Positions 1-9,458 of a stretch of DNA of 64,000 nucleotides are shown piece by piece. How positions within the stretch are numbered: position 1 is the stretch's first letter; each line of letters begins with the position of its first letter. The notes beneath the pieces were generated by a model, which saw only the letters and a program-made list of their open reading frames with translations, did no database searches and was not told where the DNA came from. The position numbers and the translations under genes were made by a program. This stretch comes from Galbitalea sp. (lineage in GTDB: Bacteria; Actinomycetota; Actinomycetes; Actinomycetales; Microbacteriaceae): NCBI GenBank assembly GCA_036266835.1, contig DATAXD010000011.1, positions 183 to 64,182 on the forward strand, given 5' to 3'.

Positions 1-1027
1 GGTCTTGGAGCTGCTGGAGTCGAGCCGAGTACAGGCGTTTTCGGGCGAGATCACGGAGACCTCTGATCTAGGGCTCCCGTCTCTTCCGACCGGCGCAACT
101 GCCGAGGGCAGCGGCTCAGACAGCAGCCTGGCATCCGATCTCGCCTTGCTCACCGGCAGCAACAGCCTGCGGGTGTATGTCGATGGTCCGAAAAACCTCC
201 GACTCCAGGACCTCGGTTCGCTGAGTGAGCGCGATGTCATCCGTGACGGCAAAGACCTGTGGACTTACGACTCGCAGTCAAATTCGGTTGAGCACGCGAC
301 GTTGACCGTGAATCCGAACCAGCACTTCTCCCGTCCGGGAGTCGTGCCCTCGACGCCCGGACAGCCCTCGATCGCTGAGCCCCGGATTAGTCAGCCCTCG
401 ATCCCGCAGACGCCCGACGGTCTTGCCAAGGAGCTCGTCGCAAAGCTCGAGTCGACGAGCACACTGAGCGTCGATGACAATCTGCGCGTTGCCGGGCGAG
501 CCGCCTACGACCTGGTGCTCACACCGAACGCCACCGACACGCTCGTGGGTTCGGTAGCGATCGCTGTCGATGCCGACACTGGGATGCCGCTCCAGGTGCA
601 GGTCATGGCCGCTGGTCAAAAGGACCCGGCCGTCAGCATCGGGTTCACCTCGCTCGACCTGTCGAAGCCGGATGCCTCGCTCTTCGACTTCACACCGCCC
701 GCCGGTGCGAAGGTCAAGGAATTGAAGTCGCCGCTCACCCGCCCGGTCGGACCGACTCATGCACCGAACGCGAAGCCGAACACCCAGTCGACCGAGAAAG
801 TCACCGGTCACGGATGGGACGCCGTAGTCACGATCGCGGCGACCAGCAGCGAGGCGGGGCAACTCGGCAAGCTGTCGACGTCGCCCGAGTTCGCCGAATT
901 GACCACGCCGGTCGCGGGCGGGCGGGTGTTGCACACGTCATTGTTCAACATCCTGTTCAGCTCGGATGGTCGAATCATTGCCGGTGCCGTGTCCGTTGAC
1001 CGCCTGCAAGCGGTCGCGGCGCAGTAG
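1..1027 (+). CDS. LolA-like / DUF2092-type secreted protein, 5' end cut by window edge
   Basis: Frame is open from the window edge to TAG 1025-1027. Beta-rich sequence with Pro/Ser/Thr linkers. It sits directly upstream of an ABC ATPase plus ABC-2 permease pair. Family call is from recollection of the lipoprotein-carrier fold only. Confidence 0.55.
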   Translation, partial: VLELLESSRVQAFSGEITETSDLGLPSLPTGATAEGSGSDSSLASDLALLTGSNSLRVYVDGPKNLRLQDLGSLSERDVIRDGKDLWTYDSQSNSVEHATLTVNPNQHFSRPGVVPSTPGQPSIAEPRISQPSIPQTPDGLAKELVAKLESTSTLSVDDNLRVAGRAAYDLVLTPNATDTLVGSVAIAVDADTGMPLQVQVMAAGQKDPAVSIGFTSLDLSKPDASLFDFTPPAGAKVKELKSPLTRPVGPTHAPNAKPNTQSTEKVTGHGWDAVVTIAATSSEAGQLGKLSTSPEFAELTTPVAGGRVLHTSLFNILFSSDGRIIAGAVSVDRLQAVAAQ

Positions 1028-1085
1028 TGACCATCGACAATCCGCGGTCGGCCATTGCCCATCGACCAGACGCAACTCCAGCGCC

Positions 1086-2033
1086 GTGAATTCCGCCGAC
1101 CTTGCAATTGAGACGCGGGGACTGACGAAGAAATTCGGCTCCTACGCGGCCGTGAAGGATATGGATCTGCGCGTCCCGCGCGGCGCCGTCTTCGGATTTC
1201 TCGGGCCGAACGGATCTGGTAAGACGACCACGATTCGTCTGCTGCTAGGGCTCGCCTCACCCACCAGCGGGGAAGCCCGCGTACTCGGTTCGAACATTGC
1301 GACTCACCGCGGGCACATTCTGCCTCGAGTCGGTGCGCTGGTCGAGGGCCCCGGTTTCTACCCGTACCTCTCCGGTGCGGCCAACCTCCGCCGTCTGGAT
1401 TCCGCAGATCGCTACGCCCCGGGTCAGACCCGGCGGGCGCGGGTCGCGGATGCCCTCGAAAGGGTCGGGTTGTCGTCGGCAGCCAACAAGACCGTCAAGG
1501 CCTATTCGCTCGGCATGAAGCAACGACTGGGAATCGCGAACGCGCTGCTGACTCCGCGAGAGCTGCTGATCCTCGACGAACCAACCAACGGTCTGGACCC
1601 GCAGGGAACGCGCGAGGTTCGCAACCTGGTTCGTTCGCTCGCGGCATCCGGAACCACTGTCTTCGTCTCGAGCCACCTGCTGGCCGAGATCGAACAGATC
1701 TGCACCCACGCCGCAGTCATGAGCGCGGGAGACCTGGTCGCGCAGGGCACGCTGGACGAGCTGCGGCAGGTGGGTCGGGCCAGGGCTCGAGTAGCAACCC
1801 CCGACACCGGGCCGGCGAGCGCCGTCCTGAGGAACCTCGGCATGTCGGTACTGGCGACCACCGACCCGCTCGAAGTCGTCGCGACCATGGGAGAAAAGGC
1901 GGTCGAACCGCATGTGATCGTCGCCGCGCTCGTGAAGGCGAAGGTTCGCGTTCGCGGATTCGCCCTCGAGACGCCAAGCCTCGAGGATCGCTTCGTCTCG
2001 CTGACGGGTGAGGGGTTCAACGTTGACCACTGA
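1086..2033 (+). CDS. ABC transporter ATP-binding protein (ABC-2 type exporter)
   Basis: Walker A GFLGPNGSGKTTT, signature-like YSLGMKQRLGIA, Walker B LLILDEPTNGLD. In-frame GTG at 1086 is chosen because the upstream part of the 966 ORF is Arg-rich and non-coding-like. Confidence 0.9.
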   Translation: MNSADLAIETRGLTKKFGSYAAVKDMDLRVPRGAVFGFLGPNGSGKTTTIRLLLGLASPTSGEARVLGSNIATHRGHILPRVGALVEGPGFYPYLSGAANLRRLDSADRYAPGQTRRARVADALERVGLSSAANKTVKAYSLGMKQRLGIANALLTPRELLILDEPTNGLDPQGTREVRNLVRSLAASGTTVFVSSHLLAEIEQICTHAAVMSAGDLVAQGTLDELRQVGRARARVATPDTGPASAVLRNLGMSVLATTDPLEVVATMGEKAVEPHVIVAALVKAKVRVRGFALETPSLEDRFVSLTGEGFNVDH

Positions 2034-2898
2034 GCTGTCGAGTTCGGAGCCGTCCGTTGCCGACGCCGCCCGCGCGCGCCCAGCCAGCGGCTTTGCGCTG
2101 CTGGGATCGGAGCTGTCAGTGCTGTTCCGCCGCCGCCGCACCTGGGCGATGCTCGCTGCGCTTGCGGCGGTACCGATCCTGATCGCGATCGCCGTTCGGG
2201 TGACGCACGCCGGTAGTGCGGGCCAGGGTCCCGCGTTCCTCGACCGCATCGAGAACAACGGACTTTTCACCGTGTTTGTCGCGCTGGGAGTGTGCGTGCC
2301 GCTGTTTCTCCCGCTCACCATCGGAGTGGTCGCGGGCGACACCATCTCGGGCGAAGCCTCGAACGGAACTCTTCGCTACCTGCTGATCGCCCCGGCCGGC
2401 CGCATCCGTCTTCTCGCGGTTAAGTACGTGGGCGCTGCTGTCTTCAGCCTCGCGGCGACTTTCGTCGTGTGCATCGCAGGCGCCGTGATCGGATTCGCGT
2501 TGTTCCCGTCGGGATCGGTGACCCTGCTGTCCGGAGACACGGTGTCGGTGGGCGACGCGCTGTGGCGGTCCGTGCTGATCGCGTTGTACGTCACTGTTTC
2601 GCTGCTTGGCCTGTCTGCGATCGGACTATTCCTGTCGACACTCACCGACGTTCCGGTCGGAGCGATGGCGGCGACCATCATCCTCTCGGTCACCTCAGAG
2701 GTGCTCGACCAGCTCCCGCAGCTGGACTGGCTGCATCCGTGGCTCTTCAGTAACTACTGGCTGGGCTTCGCGGACATGCTGCGCGATCCGATTTCCTGGA
2801 CGTCGTTCGGCACCAATGGGCTCCTGCAGCTCGGGTACATCGTCGTCTTCGGCGCTCTCGCGTACGGACGCTTCAGCACCAAGGACATCCTGTCGTGA
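2008..2898 (+). CDS. ABC-2 family transporter permease
   Basis: Six predicted hydrophobic spans. It overlaps the ATPase stop, suggesting translational coupling. Start is uncertain (GTG 2008 or TTG 2023). Confidence 0.8.
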   Translation: MRGSTLTTELSSSEPSVADAARARPASGFALLGSELSVLFRRRRTWAMLAALAAVPILIAIAVRVTHAGSAGQGPAFLDRIENNGLFTVFVALGVCVPLFLPLTIGVVAGDTISGEASNGTLRYLLIAPAGRIRLLAVKYVGAAVFSLAATFVVCIAGAVIGFALFPSGSVTLLSGDTVSVGDALWRSVLIALYVTVSLLGLSAIGLFLSTLTDVPVGAMAATIILSVTSEVLDQLPQLDWLHPWLFSNYWLGFADMLRDPISWTSFGTNGLLQLGYIVVFGALAYGRFSTKDILS

Positions 2899-2917
2899 GG
2901 CGCGCGCGACGGTAACC

Positions 2918-4603
2918 ATGACGCGACAGTCGACCACGCGTCAGCATCGTCTGACTCGAGTGTTGTTCGGTGCCACTTTTGGACTGCCGAAGCGAACATC
3001 CCGCGACATCGACGGCGAGCTGGACTTCGCGATTCGGATGCCGGACGGCGTCGAACTTCTCGCCGACCGCTGGGCGCCTCTCGGGCCTGCGGATGATGTT
3101 CCGACCGTTCTGGTTCGCACCTGCTACTCGCGCAAGGCCTTCTGGGCGCTGGTCGGTCGATCGCTCGCCGAGCGCGGCTTCCAGACGGTCATCGTCAATT
3201 CGCGGGGCACGTTCGGATCCGGAGGGGGCCCCTTCTATCCGATGCACCACGAGCACGACGACGGGGTCGCGGTTCTGGAGTGGCTGCGTGCACAGCCCTG
3301 GTATCGAGGCTCGCTGATTCTCGCCGGCGCGAGCTACCTCGGATACACCCAGTGGGCGGTTGCTGCGGAGGCGACGGATGATGTCATCGCCATGCATCCG
3401 CACATCACGTCGGCGCGGCTCGCTCAGAACTTCACGGTCACCGGCGCGCTGGAGCTCGACACTGCCGCTCGATGGTCGTACTTCACGGCGCGCCAGGAGC
3501 TGCGCGGAGCCAATGCCCGGCTTGCGCTCGGAGTTGACCGAAAGCAGCTCGACCGCGCACTGAACACGCTTCCCGTGAACGTGATCGACACGGAGATGAT
3601 CGGTCGGGCATGGCCGTTCTATCAGGACACGATTGTTCGGCTCGAGGATGATCCGCGCTGGCATCCATGGAATCGCAGCGTCGATGTGCCCAGGGTTCGC
3701 ATTCCGGCGAGTTTTCTTGCCGGATGGTACGACCCGTTCCTGGTCGACCAGCTCGCCGACTTCGCGGCGATGCAGTCTGCCGGTACCCCGTCGCGACTGA
3801 CTGTCGGGCCGTGGACCCACATGGCGTTCGGAGTTTCGGTCGCATCCGTTCGCGACACGATCGAGTGGAGCGGGATCCAGTCGGGCCGTGCGCCCGCGTC
3901 CGGTCGAGTGCCCGATGGGGTGCCCGTTCGCGCACCCGTTCACGTCTACGTGATGGGGTCACGCCAGTGGCAGGATTTCGACGCCTGGCCGCCGCGGGAA
4001 TCCGTGGCAACACCGTGGTACCTGGCCGGCGATGGACGGCTCGCCGAGCGCCCGGATGCGGCTGCCGAGCCGAGCCGGTATCGCTACGATCCCGCCGACC
4101 CGACGCCATCCGTCGGTGGTCGCCTGCTGCTCACCGGGGCGGGACGCAAGAACAACCGTTCGCTCGAGGCTCGAGCCGACGTGCTGACCTTCACCTCGGC
4201 ACCGCTGACCGACGACCTGCGAATTGTGGGCGAGCTCACCGCAGATGTCTGGATGACCTCGAGCCGGCCGACCTGGGACGTCTTCGTGAGGCTCTGTGAT
4301 GTCGATGCCCGCGGCCGATCCCACAACGTGACCGACGGACTGATTCGGGTCACCCTGCCGGACAGCGAATCAGCGTCGGATGCGCCGCGGCTCATTCGCG
4401 TGCGACTCGCGCCGACGGCCCAACTGTTCGTGCGAGGCCATCGGTTCCGCGTCCAGGTGTCGAGCGGAGCGCATCCGCGATTTGCCCGCAACCTGGGCAG
4501 CGCGGACGAGCAGGTGGAAGGCACCGAGCTGTTCGTCGCCGAACAGGCGGTATTCCACGATGCCGAGCATCCGTCATCGGTGACCCTGCCCGTGTTGGTG
4601 TAG
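2918..4603 (+). CDS. CocE/NonD family hydrolase (X-Pro dipeptidyl-peptidase-like)
   Basis: Starts at ATG 2918 (MTRQSTTRQ...). Has the family-typical GASYLGYTQW nucleophile-elbow region and a C-terminal beta-sandwich domain. The 2606-2917 part of the ORF overlaps the permease gene and is rejected. Confidence 0.8.
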   Translation: MTRQSTTRQHRLTRVLFGATFGLPKRTSRDIDGELDFAIRMPDGVELLADRWAPLGPADDVPTVLVRTCYSRKAFWALVGRSLAERGFQTVIVNSRGTFGSGGGPFYPMHHEHDDGVAVLEWLRAQPWYRGSLILAGASYLGYTQWAVAAEATDDVIAMHPHITSARLAQNFTVTGALELDTAARWSYFTARQELRGANARLALGVDRKQLDRALNTLPVNVIDTEMIGRAWPFYQDTIVRLEDDPRWHPWNRSVDVPRVRIPASFLAGWYDPFLVDQLADFAAMQSAGTPSRLTVGPWTHMAFGVSVASVRDTIEWSGIQSGRAPASGRVPDGVPVRAPVHVYVMGSRQWQDFDAWPPRESVATPWYLAGDGRLAERPDAAAEPSRYRYDPADPTPSVGGRLLLTGAGRKNNRSLEARADVLTFTSAPLTDDLRIVGELTADVWMTSSRPTWDVFVRLCDVDARGRSHNVTDGLIRVTLPDSESASDAPRLIRVRLAPTAQLFVRGHRFRVQVSSGAHPRFARNLGSADEQVEGTELFVAEQAVFHDAEHPSSVTLPVLV

Positions 4604-4617
4604 CAGCCCGAGTGCGG

Positions 4618-5109
4618 CTACCGACGAATCTCGACGAGTAAGACCCATGAGGTCACGACCGAGCCCACGAAGACGGTAATCGACCCGATGACCATCCAGG
4701 TGAGTCCGAGGGTCGATCCGTCGAGGAACAGGATGCCGCTGACGACGAAAGGCCCGACCTGACCGACGCCGAGCGCGACTTTGCTCCAGAGCCGAGAGAA
4801 GCTCTGCGGCGGCCTTATCTGCAGCTGACGCACCATCACGTCCACCTGGATTGCCAGCGGGGCGAGAAGGACGCCGAGAGTCAGCCAGCCCAGTGTGCTC
4901 GCTGTGCCGCCAGGGATGAGCGCCGCGACGTTCAGCACGAGAACGTACACGAGCGAGCCGATCGCTGAACCGGCACGCGGGGGAAGCGACGGGTACTTCA
5001 GGATCGCGTCGATGTTCACCGCCATCGCCGTCAGGATAAGACCGGCGAGGGTTGCTGCCGCGGCCGATGACGCGATCAGAACGTCGTGCCATGCCGCTAG
5101 GTTGATCAC
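4618..5109 (-). CDS. Integral membrane protein, unknown function
   Basis: 163 aa with four to five hydrophobic helices and high GC3. No family recognised. Confidence 0.6.
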   Translation of the reverse strand: MINLAAWHDVLIASSAAAATLAGLILTAMAVNIDAILKYPSLPPRAGSAIGSLVYVLVLNVAALIPGGTASTLGWLTLGVLLAPLAIQVDVMVRQLQIRPPQSFSRLWSKVALGVGQVGPFVVSGILFLDGSTLGLTWMVIGSITVFVGSVVTSWVLLVEIRR

Positions 5110-5186
5110 GCGGTTTCCTTAGTCGTAGGGTTCGACTTCTTGTGCAGAAGAGTACCGCTGCGAAAGTCGTGCTTGCGCGCGTGAAC

Positions 5187-5228
5187 TTCGCGATATATCG
5201 TGAGTGCGAGCATTCGCGATATATCGCG
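5187..5228. promoter_or_regulatory. Two copies of TTCGCGATATATCG(T/C)G, a candidate operator pair
   Basis: Copies at 5187-5202 and 5213-5228. The second contains the perfect 14-bp palindrome CGCGATATATCGCG. They are 26 bp apart, in the divergent region between the 4618..5109 gene and the 5282 ABC operon. Confidence 0.5.
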
Positions 5229-5281
5229 TTTCCTTTCCATCGCCGCCGCCATCATCCACCATCCGACATTTCTGAAGGAGC

Positions 5282-6259
5282 ATGCCCGTGATTCACGCTC
5301 GAGGCCTTGCACGTACGTTCGATACGAAGCGCGGACGCGAACGAGTCGCTGTGAACGCCGTCGGAGGCGTCGACATCGATGTTGAAGAAGGAGAGATCGT
5401 CGGCTTCCTCGGCCCGAACGGCGCCGGTAAGACCACGACCCTTCGGATGCTGACGACGCTGCTGAAGCCCACGAGCGGCACCGCGACGGTAGCGGGCTAC
5501 GACCTCGCGAAGGAGCCGATCAAGGTTCGCAAGTCGATCGGATACGTGTCGCAGAGCGGCTCGACCGCCAGCATCGCCCGTGCCGGCGAAGAAATCATCG
5601 ACCACGCCCTGCTTTACGGCATCAACGCCAGGCAGGCAGAGAAGCGCGGCAAGGAACTATTCGAGCAGCTCGAACTCGACGGGATGTGGGCGCGCCAGCC
5701 GAAGACGATGTCGGGTGGCCAGCGGCGCCGTCTCGACATTGCGATGGGACTCGTGCACGATCCGAAACTGGTGTTCCTCGATGAGCCGAGCACGGGGCTC
5801 GACCCGCAGGCCCGCGCCAACCTGTGGACCCACATTTCCGACCTGCGCACCAAGCTTGGTTCGACGGTCTTCCTGACAACGCACTACCTCGACGAGGCGG
5901 ACGCCCTCTGTGACCGCATCCTCGTCATCGACCACGGCGTGATCGTCGCATCCGACACGCCAGACGCCCTCAAGCGACAGGTTGCGGGCGACCTCGTCGA
6001 GCTGACTCTCGCAAACGAGCAGCAGGTAGCGACCGCGGCGGCGCAGCTGGGCAAGCTGGGTGCGACTTCTTCCGCGACAGCGGATGTCTCCGGACTCGTC
6101 GTGAGCATGCGAATTCCGGATGCCGGCACCGAGTTGCCGGGCCTCCTGCGCTCGCTCGACAGCGCCGGGGTTCCGCTCACCGCGATCGAGGTTCGTCGGC
6201 CGACGCTCGACGATGTTTTTCTCACCATGACCGGGCGCTCGCTGCGCGAGGATGCCTGA
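5282..6259 (+). CDS. ABC transporter ATP-binding protein (DrrA/daunorubicin-resistance-like)
   Basis: Walker A GFLGPNGAGKTTT, signature MSGGQRRRLDIA, Walker B LVFLDEPSTGLD. GAAGGAG Shine-Dalgarno sits before the ATG. Confidence 0.9.
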   Translation: MPVIHARGLARTFDTKRGRERVAVNAVGGVDIDVEEGEIVGFLGPNGAGKTTTLRMLTTLLKPTSGTATVAGYDLAKEPIKVRKSIGYVSQSGSTASIARAGEEIIDHALLYGINARQAEKRGKELFEQLELDGMWARQPKTMSGGQRRRLDIAMGLVHDPKLVFLDEPSTGLDPQARANLWTHISDLRTKLGSTVFLTTHYLDEADALCDRILVIDHGVIVASDTPDALKRQVAGDLVELTLANEQQVATAAAQLGKLGATSSATADVSGLVVSMRIPDAGTELPGLLRSLDSAGVPLTAIEVRRPTLDDVFLTMTGRSLREDA

Positions 6260-6315
6260 GTCCCGCGACAAGTCACCCCGCCATCACTGAGCCCACACGA
6301 CAACTGGAGCACATC

Positions 6316-7080
6316 ATGAACTTTCTCTACGACACCGGCGTGATCTACCGCCGTCAGGTTCGACTCGCGGTACGCAATCCCGCCTGGGTGATCATCGGTC
6401 TCGCCCAGCCAGTGCTGTATCTGGCACTGTTCGGTCCGCTGCTCAAGCCGCTCGCCTCGCACATCGGAGCCCAGAACGCGTACACGTTCTTCGTGCCAGG
6501 GCTGCTCATCCAGCTCGGGTTGTTCGGCGCTCTGTTTGCCGGGTTCGGCCTGGTCTCGGAGTGGCGCGAGGGCGTCATCGAGGCGGAGCGCGTGACACCG
6601 GCAAATCGCGCGGCGCTGCTATTCGGACGGGTGCTGCGCGACCTCACGCTGCTGCTGGTGCAGGGCATCATCCTCATCGGCCTCGGTTTCGTGTTCGGGA
6701 TGAACGGGTCGATCCCCGGCATGATCCTCGGCCTGGTCCTCATCCTGCTGCTCGGCGGTGCGTGCTCGGCGTCCTCGTATGGTCTTGCGCTGACCCTCAA
6801 GAGCGAGGATGCACTTGCCCCGATCCTCAACAGCATTGCGCTTCCCGTGCTGCTGCTGTCGGGAATTCTCCTGCCGATCAGCATCGCGACCGGTGCGCCC
6901 CAGTGGCTCGTAACCGTGAGCGATTTCATGCCGATCAAGTATCTGGTCAACGCGCTGCGGCAGTTGTTCACCGGCGGATTCTGGAACGTCACCACGTTCT
7001 GGGGCGCGGTCTGGGTACTGGTGTTGTTCGGGCTCGGCCTGTGGTTCGGAACTCGCACGTTCCGCAAGGACAACGCCTAG
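6316..7080 (+). CDS. ABC-2 type transporter permease
   Basis: 254 aa with six hydrophobic spans, immediately downstream of the DrrA-like ATPase. Confidence 0.85.
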   Translation: MNFLYDTGVIYRRQVRLAVRNPAWVIIGLAQPVLYLALFGPLLKPLASHIGAQNAYTFFVPGLLIQLGLFGALFAGFGLVSEWREGVIEAERVTPANRAALLFGRVLRDLTLLLVQGIILIGLGFVFGMNGSIPGMILGLVLILLLGGACSASSYGLALTLKSEDALAPILNSIALPVLLLSGILLPISIATGAPQWLVTVSDFMPIKYLVNALRQLFTGGFWNVTTFWGAVWVLVLFGLGLWFGTRTFRKDNA

Positions 7081-7121
7081 GGTCGCTCCGCCCGTATCGA
7101 GACCGTACTCGCGAGAGGCGG

Positions 7122-7499
7122 TTAGCGACGCACGAGGCGCAGGGTCGCCTCGACCGCTGCCGGCTCCGACATCGAGTCGACGTAGTCGAAGCTCGCGTAC
7201 TTGCGGTCGAACTCGGCGTCGATCGCCCGATTCACCGGATCCAGTCGGTCGACATTCTCGAAACGAACCTCGAGGTCGGCACCGTCGAATGAGATCGCCT
7301 GATCGGCCTCCGCTTGCACGCGGCGGAACCACATGCTGCTGACTCCCAGATAGGAGCGTACGTATGCCGCTGCGCCGACCGTCACCATCCAGACGGGAAA
7401 GCGCAGGGTGTCGTGCCCTGCGCGGGCGATCACGAGCACGAGTTCCTCGGCCGTGGTGAGCTCGTCGAACTGTGCAGGCGTCCAGGTTGCGTCAGACAT
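7122..7499 (-). CDS. DUF2255 family protein
   Basis: MSDATWTPAQFDEL...PVWMVTVGAAAYVRSY...TLRLVRR matches the remembered DUF2255 pattern. Internal ATG at 7499 is chosen; the longer ORF would run into the divergent gene. Confidence 0.6.
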   Translation of the reverse strand: MSDATWTPAQFDELTTAEELVLVIARAGHDTLRFPVWMVTVGAAAYVRSYLGVSSMWFRRVQAEADQAISFDGADLEVRFENVDRLDPVNRAIDAEFDRKYASFDYVDSMSEPAAVEATLRLVRR

Positions 7500-7590
7500 T
7501 GACAGTGCCGCCCTTCTGATGTCCACGGGAGCGTTCGGATCCTCGAGTGCAATTATCTCAAGTGCGATGCGGCCGCGCGTCTGGCCAGCG

Positions 7591-8046
7591 ATGATAGGTG
7601 TCGTGGCTATCGCATCCGAAACCGTCACAGTCGATTATCCAATCGGCGACGTCTTCGACTTTCTCGTCGACGGCTCGAACAATTCGCTTTGGCGACCCGA
7701 GGTGGTCAGCGTCATTTTCGCTGCCGGACCCACCGAGCGAGCGGTCTGGGCGCAGACGGTGAAGTCGGCGACCGGCAAGGCGGTCAAGGCCGACTATCGC
7801 ATCTCCCGGTACGACCGTCCCGGCAAACTCGAGCTCACCGTGTTCAACGGGCCGTCGCGTCCCACCAGCACATTCACGCTCAAGTCGCTCACTTCGCAGT
7901 CGACACAGGTGTCCTACGCCGTTGACGTGAAGCCACTGCTCTACCCGTTCGAACGAACGCGCTACGGGACACCGGCCGCGCTGGATGCCGCCGGCAACAT
8001 CCACAATCTGGGTGCGGCGATGGCTGCGCGCGCCCGCAAGCGCTAA
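7591..8046 (+). CDS. SRPBCC family protein (polyketide cyclase/dehydrase-like)
   Basis: VTVDYPIGDVFDFLVDGSNNSLWRPEV... is a typical SRPBCC N-terminus. Start is ATG 7591 or 7567. Confidence 0.7.
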   Translation: MIGVVAIASETVTVDYPIGDVFDFLVDGSNNSLWRPEVVSVIFAAGPTERAVWAQTVKSATGKAVKADYRISRYDRPGKLELTVFNGPSRPTSTFTLKSLTSQSTQVSYAVDVKPLLYPFERTRYGTPAALDAAGNIHNLGAAMAARARKR

Positions 8047-8292
8047 GGCAAGGAGCAGCGCTCGCGACCCCAGGAGCGGTGATTATCGGTGCGGGCACGA
8101 TGGGCGGAACGGTGGTCGGCTCAGTCGCGGGCGCCTTCGGCGCGGTAGGCCTGGGCGGTTTCCGGTCGCTCACGCATGTCTCCTCGGTTCGCGATTCCTC
8201 GGTCGGCGATGGTGCCATGGCAAAAACACCAGTCGTTGCTAGTCCAGCCTGTTGGGAGCTACCGCCGACGGGCGAGGAGTTGGGCCTGCAGC

Positions 8293-8592
8293 CTAGTTGT
8301 TGTCGTTCGTCGCGGCGGCTGCTTCGCCAGCGGCAACATCACTCGCGGCGCTCGATGCAGACGAGTTCGCGGAGTCGAGGTCCGCCTGGATGCTGGCAAG
8401 CGCAGAAGCGGATCCGCTCGAGTCCGCGGTCGAGGTGCTCGTAGGCGCGATCGCCGCGGGAGTGGTAGCAGCGACGGGCTGAGCGTCGCCGCGGAACCGC
8501 GAGCATCCGGCCAGCGAGGCGCCGACCAGGGCGACCGCCGCAGCGGTCACCCCGATCCGCACCGCGCGAGAGCGCAACCCCGAGGAGATCAC
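8293..8592 (-). CDS. Small Ala/Ser/Thr-rich lipoprotein
   Basis: Signal peptide with lipobox SLAGC and high GC3. Its GTG overlaps the stop of the upstream gene (GTGA). Confidence 0.6.
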   Translation of the reverse strand: MISSGLRSRAVRIGVTAAAVALVGASLAGCSRFRGDAQPVAATTPAAIAPTSTSTADSSGSASALASIQADLDSANSSASSAASDVAAGEAAAATNDNN

Positions 8593-9299
8593 TTGATCGC
8601 CGCCAGGATCGTCTTGCCGTCCGAAACTGCCTTCCTGATGTCCGCGAGCGCCGACTTGACGGAGGTGCGCTCCGGCTCAAGCACGGAGTGGTTCGCGTTG
8701 AAGTCGGCGGGTGTCACGGCGAGCGATGCCGCAGCGACACCGTTCAGTCCGCTGGTTGCCGCCGCGATCTGGTTCTGCATGTCGGTGAGGTCGGCCTGCA
8801 GCGCGGGTGTGGACTTGCCGGCATCCGGTCCGGACAGGGCCGCGGCCAGCCTGGTTTGGGCGTCCGTCAGACGCGGGATGGCGGTTCCCGTCATCCGGTC
8901 GGCTGCCGCTGCGAACCGTGCCTGCGGAATCGCGACGGCGTACACGCGGTAGGTCAGGAAGATGGTCCGGTAATCCGCAGCGGCGGTGGCAACGTCGGTG
9001 TCCGCGGCGATCTTTGCTTCGACCGTGTTCATGCCGGCGACATCCGCGTTGAGTGTGGCGAGGATGGTCGCGCGATCCGCTGTGGTGATGTCCTTCGCGG
9101 CGTTGACCCGCGCGATCGCGGTGTTCAGCGAGCCGATGCGCTGCGTGGTCTTGATGCTGGCGGACTTCTGGATGTCAGCCAGCGTTTGACCGTGTGGCGC
9201 CGGTGTGGCGCCATCGGCAAATGCCGGAGCGCAGCTGCCCGCGACCAGGGCGATCGCCGCGGCCGATCCGATCAGCGAGGTGGTGAGAATGCGGTTCAT
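8589..9299 (-). CDS. Secreted alpha-helical protein, unknown function
   Basis: Signal peptide ending APAFA-DG. Ala/Thr-rich helical repeats. 236 aa with high GC3. Confidence 0.65.
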   Translation of the reverse strand: MNRILTTSLIGSAAAIALVAGSCAPAFADGATPAPHGQTLADIQKSASIKTTQRIGSLNTAIARVNAAKDITTADRATILATLNADVAGMNTVEAKIAADTDVATAAADYRTIFLTYRVYAVAIPQARFAAAADRMTGTAIPRLTDAQTRLAAALSGPDAGKSTPALQADLTDMQNQIAAATSGLNGVAAASLAVTPADFNANHSVLEPERTSVKSALADIRKAVSDGKTILAAIK

Positions 9300-9458
9300 G
9301 GTCTTGCTCCCGAGGTGTTGTCACGGGTCGGACCCGAGTGTCCGACCTCCGTAACAGTGCCCGAGCGAGGTTCGGCGTTGATCAGCCAATTGTTTGGATC
9401 AGGTAAGGGTGCGGCACCCCGCGAATCGGTCGGAGCGCCGCACCGTGCCGAGACCGCG

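Noticed and set aside
2606-2917. N-terminal extensions of ORF-track entries (2606..2917, 966..1085, 9848..9967, 12466..12813, 12739..13230, 13626..13793, 34375..35040, 50170..50352, 61183..61290, 62710..62847)
   Set aside because: The extensions overlap neighbouring genes or read as non-coding-like sequence. Internal ATG, GTG or TTG starts give family-typical N-termini, signal peptides or Shine-Dalgarno spacing.
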